A stretch of 64,000 nt of DNA, taken from a virus. The notes beneath the pieces were generated by a model. That model did no database searches. It was not told the DNA's origin and saw nothing but the letters and a program-made list of their open reading frames with translations. The stretch lies in IMG/VR virus record IMGVR_UViG_3300043803_002519; one strand, given 5' to 3'. Shown in pieces: positions 62,685 to 64,000 of the stretch (position 1 is the stretch's first letter; every line of letters begins with the position of its first letter). The position numbers were made by a program, and so were the translations under genes.

Positions 62685-62708
62685 GTCCCCGTCCGTGGGG
62701 CTAAGGCC
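62685..62708 (-). promoter_or_regulatory. conserved leader element, copy 2 (GGCCTTAGCCCCACGGACGGGGAC on the minus strand)
   Basis: See copy 1 at 41039-41061. One inserted base differs. Confidence 0.5.
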
Positions 62709-62789
62709 GGCATCTCTGCAGCTGGCGACGTTCACCGGCGGAATGCCGGGGAATGCGGGCGGATCGGGCCGCCCTTCCCGTGCGCCGGG

Positions 62790-63560
62790 CTACGTGGCCA
62801 TTCCGGGAACCACGAAGCCGGAGCGGTCCTTCCGCGCGTGCCCTTTCGCCCGCAGGCCGGAGACATGCCCGGCCGGGTCGCGATACCGGACGTCGGTTAC
62901 GTCCGCGTCGAACACGGGGAACCCTCGCCACGTCGCCGGGAGGGCCCGGCCCTTAGGAGTGTCGAACACGATCGCGACGTTTCCGCCGGCCCGGAGGTAT
63001 TCGATCGCGTGGCGCTCGCGAGCCGCCCCGACATCCAAGCTGTACACATGGAACACGGGAGCCCCCGGCGTGTGCCGGATCGGGCGTTTCGTGTAGTCAT
63101 AGAGACGGATGCCCAGTGCGGCCGCGGCCGCGAGTACTTCGGGCGCCTCGGTTGCCCAGTCAATATCGCTGGTCCCGTTCAGGCGCGCCGCAGGCTGTAG
63201 CCCGTGTTCCGCCGCGGCCGCGGCAAGGCGGCGCAGGTCGGCCAGTAGACGCCGGATAAACTCCGGCCGATCGACGTGGTAGAGATCGGTCCGCCGGTAG
63301 CGGCCGTACTCCACATTGTTCCGGTACGGCCCCGCGGCATAGCTGGCCATAGGCAACCCGCCGCGACCGGCCGTGTTGAGACAAGTAGCCTTGCAGGCTC
63401 CCGCCCACGGGCAGAGGTTTACCCGGATGGGCTCGAGCCCTTGCGCGGTCCGCAAGCGGTCATACTCGCCCGCGGGCAGGAGATGCACGACGCCGGTAAG
63501 GACGCCGAGAGTCTCACCCTTGAGAGTCTTAGGGTTTGCGAAAGAGAGGATCGAGGACAT
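62790..63560 (-). CDS. Cys-cluster protein (resembles the phage GP88-type family as I remember it)
   Basis: SFANPKTLKGE, NLCPWAGACKATCLNTAGRG, ARLNGTSDIDW and LYDYTKRP. 256 aa. Confidence 0.5.
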   Translation of the reverse strand: MSSILSFANPKTLKGETLGVLTGVVHLLPAGEYDRLRTAQGLEPIRVNLCPWAGACKATCLNTAGRGGLPMASYAAGPYRNNVEYGRYRRTDLYHVDRPEFIRRLLADLRRLAAAAAEHGLQPAARLNGTSDIDWATEAPEVLAAAAALGIRLYDYTKRPIRHTPGAPVFHVYSLDVGAARERHAIEYLRAGGNVAIVFDTPKGRALPATWRGFPVFDADVTDVRYRDPAGHVSGLRAKGHARKDRSGFVVPGMAT

Positions 63561-63760
63561 CGTAAGGCCTGGGTTAGGGTTCGGGGGCTACGTTGCCGCC
63601 CCACATTCATCTATTATCCGAGCGTTATACGCTCGGCCAGCTAAATCGGCGCCGTTTAGTCAAGGGAATGTCAAGAGCCGCGGACAAGCGCGGCAACTCG
63701 CGGCGGACACCCGGGTACGCCACGAAGGCCGCTGATCCGGACAATCTTGGCCGATCCCAC

Positions 63761-63861
63761 CGGACACCGGTGTCCGTTCAAACGCTCGAGCATGCCGGAC
63801 GGGCCGGTCCGGAGCAGGTGGACCCCGGTGTCCGCTCACCCGCTCGAGCATGCCGGACGGG
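63761..63861. repeat. 16-bp perfect palindrome plus two 37-bp direct repeats
   Basis: Palindrome CGGACACCGGTGTCCG at 63761-63776. CCGGTGTCCGNTCANNCGCTCGAGCATGCCGGACGGG at 63767-63803 and 63825-63861. Confidence 0.85.
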
Positions 63862-64000
63862 CGACCGCGCCACGACGGGCGACCGCGCCACGACGGGCGA
63901 CCGCGCCACGACGGGCGACCGCGCCACGACGGGCGACCGCGCCACGACGGGCGACCGCGCCACGACGGGCGACCGCGCCACGACGGGCGACCGCGCCACG
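63856..64000. repeat. 18-bp tandem array GACGGGCGACCGCGCCAC, at least 8 perfect copies, truncated by the window end
   Basis: Counted directly. No spacers between units. Confidence 0.95.

Noticed and set aside
63856-64000. The 18-bp tandem array considered as a CRISPR array
   Set aside because: The units are directly abutting with no spacers, the unit length is too short, and no cas genes are present. The Cas4-like nuclease at 52-54 kb is a stand-alone phage recombination-type nuclease.

Overview
The whole window reads as one high-GC (roughly two-thirds G+C by eye) tailed-phage or prophage genome segment. No integrase, tRNA, rRNA or CRISPR array was recognised. Layout: (i) 1-40.4 kb, a plus-strand late block. 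It contains a 5'-truncated terminase large subunit, a putative portal, scaffold-like proteins, a putative major capsid protein, a run of virion and internal-virion proteins, tail-fibre genes and a lysis cassette with an M15 endolysin. The order is podovirus-like. (ii) 40.4-63.6 kb, a mostly minus-strand early/replication block. It contains a family-A DNA polymerase, a RuvC-like resolvase, an SF2 helicase interrupted by a LAGLIDADG intein, a Cas4-like PD-(D/E)XK nuclease fusion, a primase/SF3 helicase and many tiny translationally coupled ORFs. This block is interrupted by a plus-strand island (XRE regulator, zinc-ribbon protein, N6A methyltransferase, C5 methyltransferase). The outstanding object is a single uninterrupted 4,904-codon ORF (20048-34762) in the internal-virion/ejection-protein position. 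It strings together a zincin peptidase, a RadC-like JAB peptidase, a GHKL ATPase, a second zincin, two ART-like modules, a C5 DNA methyltransferase and a transglutaminase-like Cys-His-Asp module. Each module is separated from the next by a recurring [LF][YF]SRA(A)P motif, present seven times. I interpret it as a virion-delivered polyvalent anti-defence protein with built-in processing sites. This interpretation is inferred from motifs only. Other non-genic structure: an AT-richer region of about 300 bp forming an imperfect palindrome flanked by GCCTA-NN-TAGGC boxes (candidate origin/operator region, 57.6-58.3 kb); a duplicated terminator-promoter cassette; conserved leader elements and covarying hairpins in the early operons; and an 18-bp tandem array cut by the window end. 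All functional calls come from reading motifs by eye. No database search was run.
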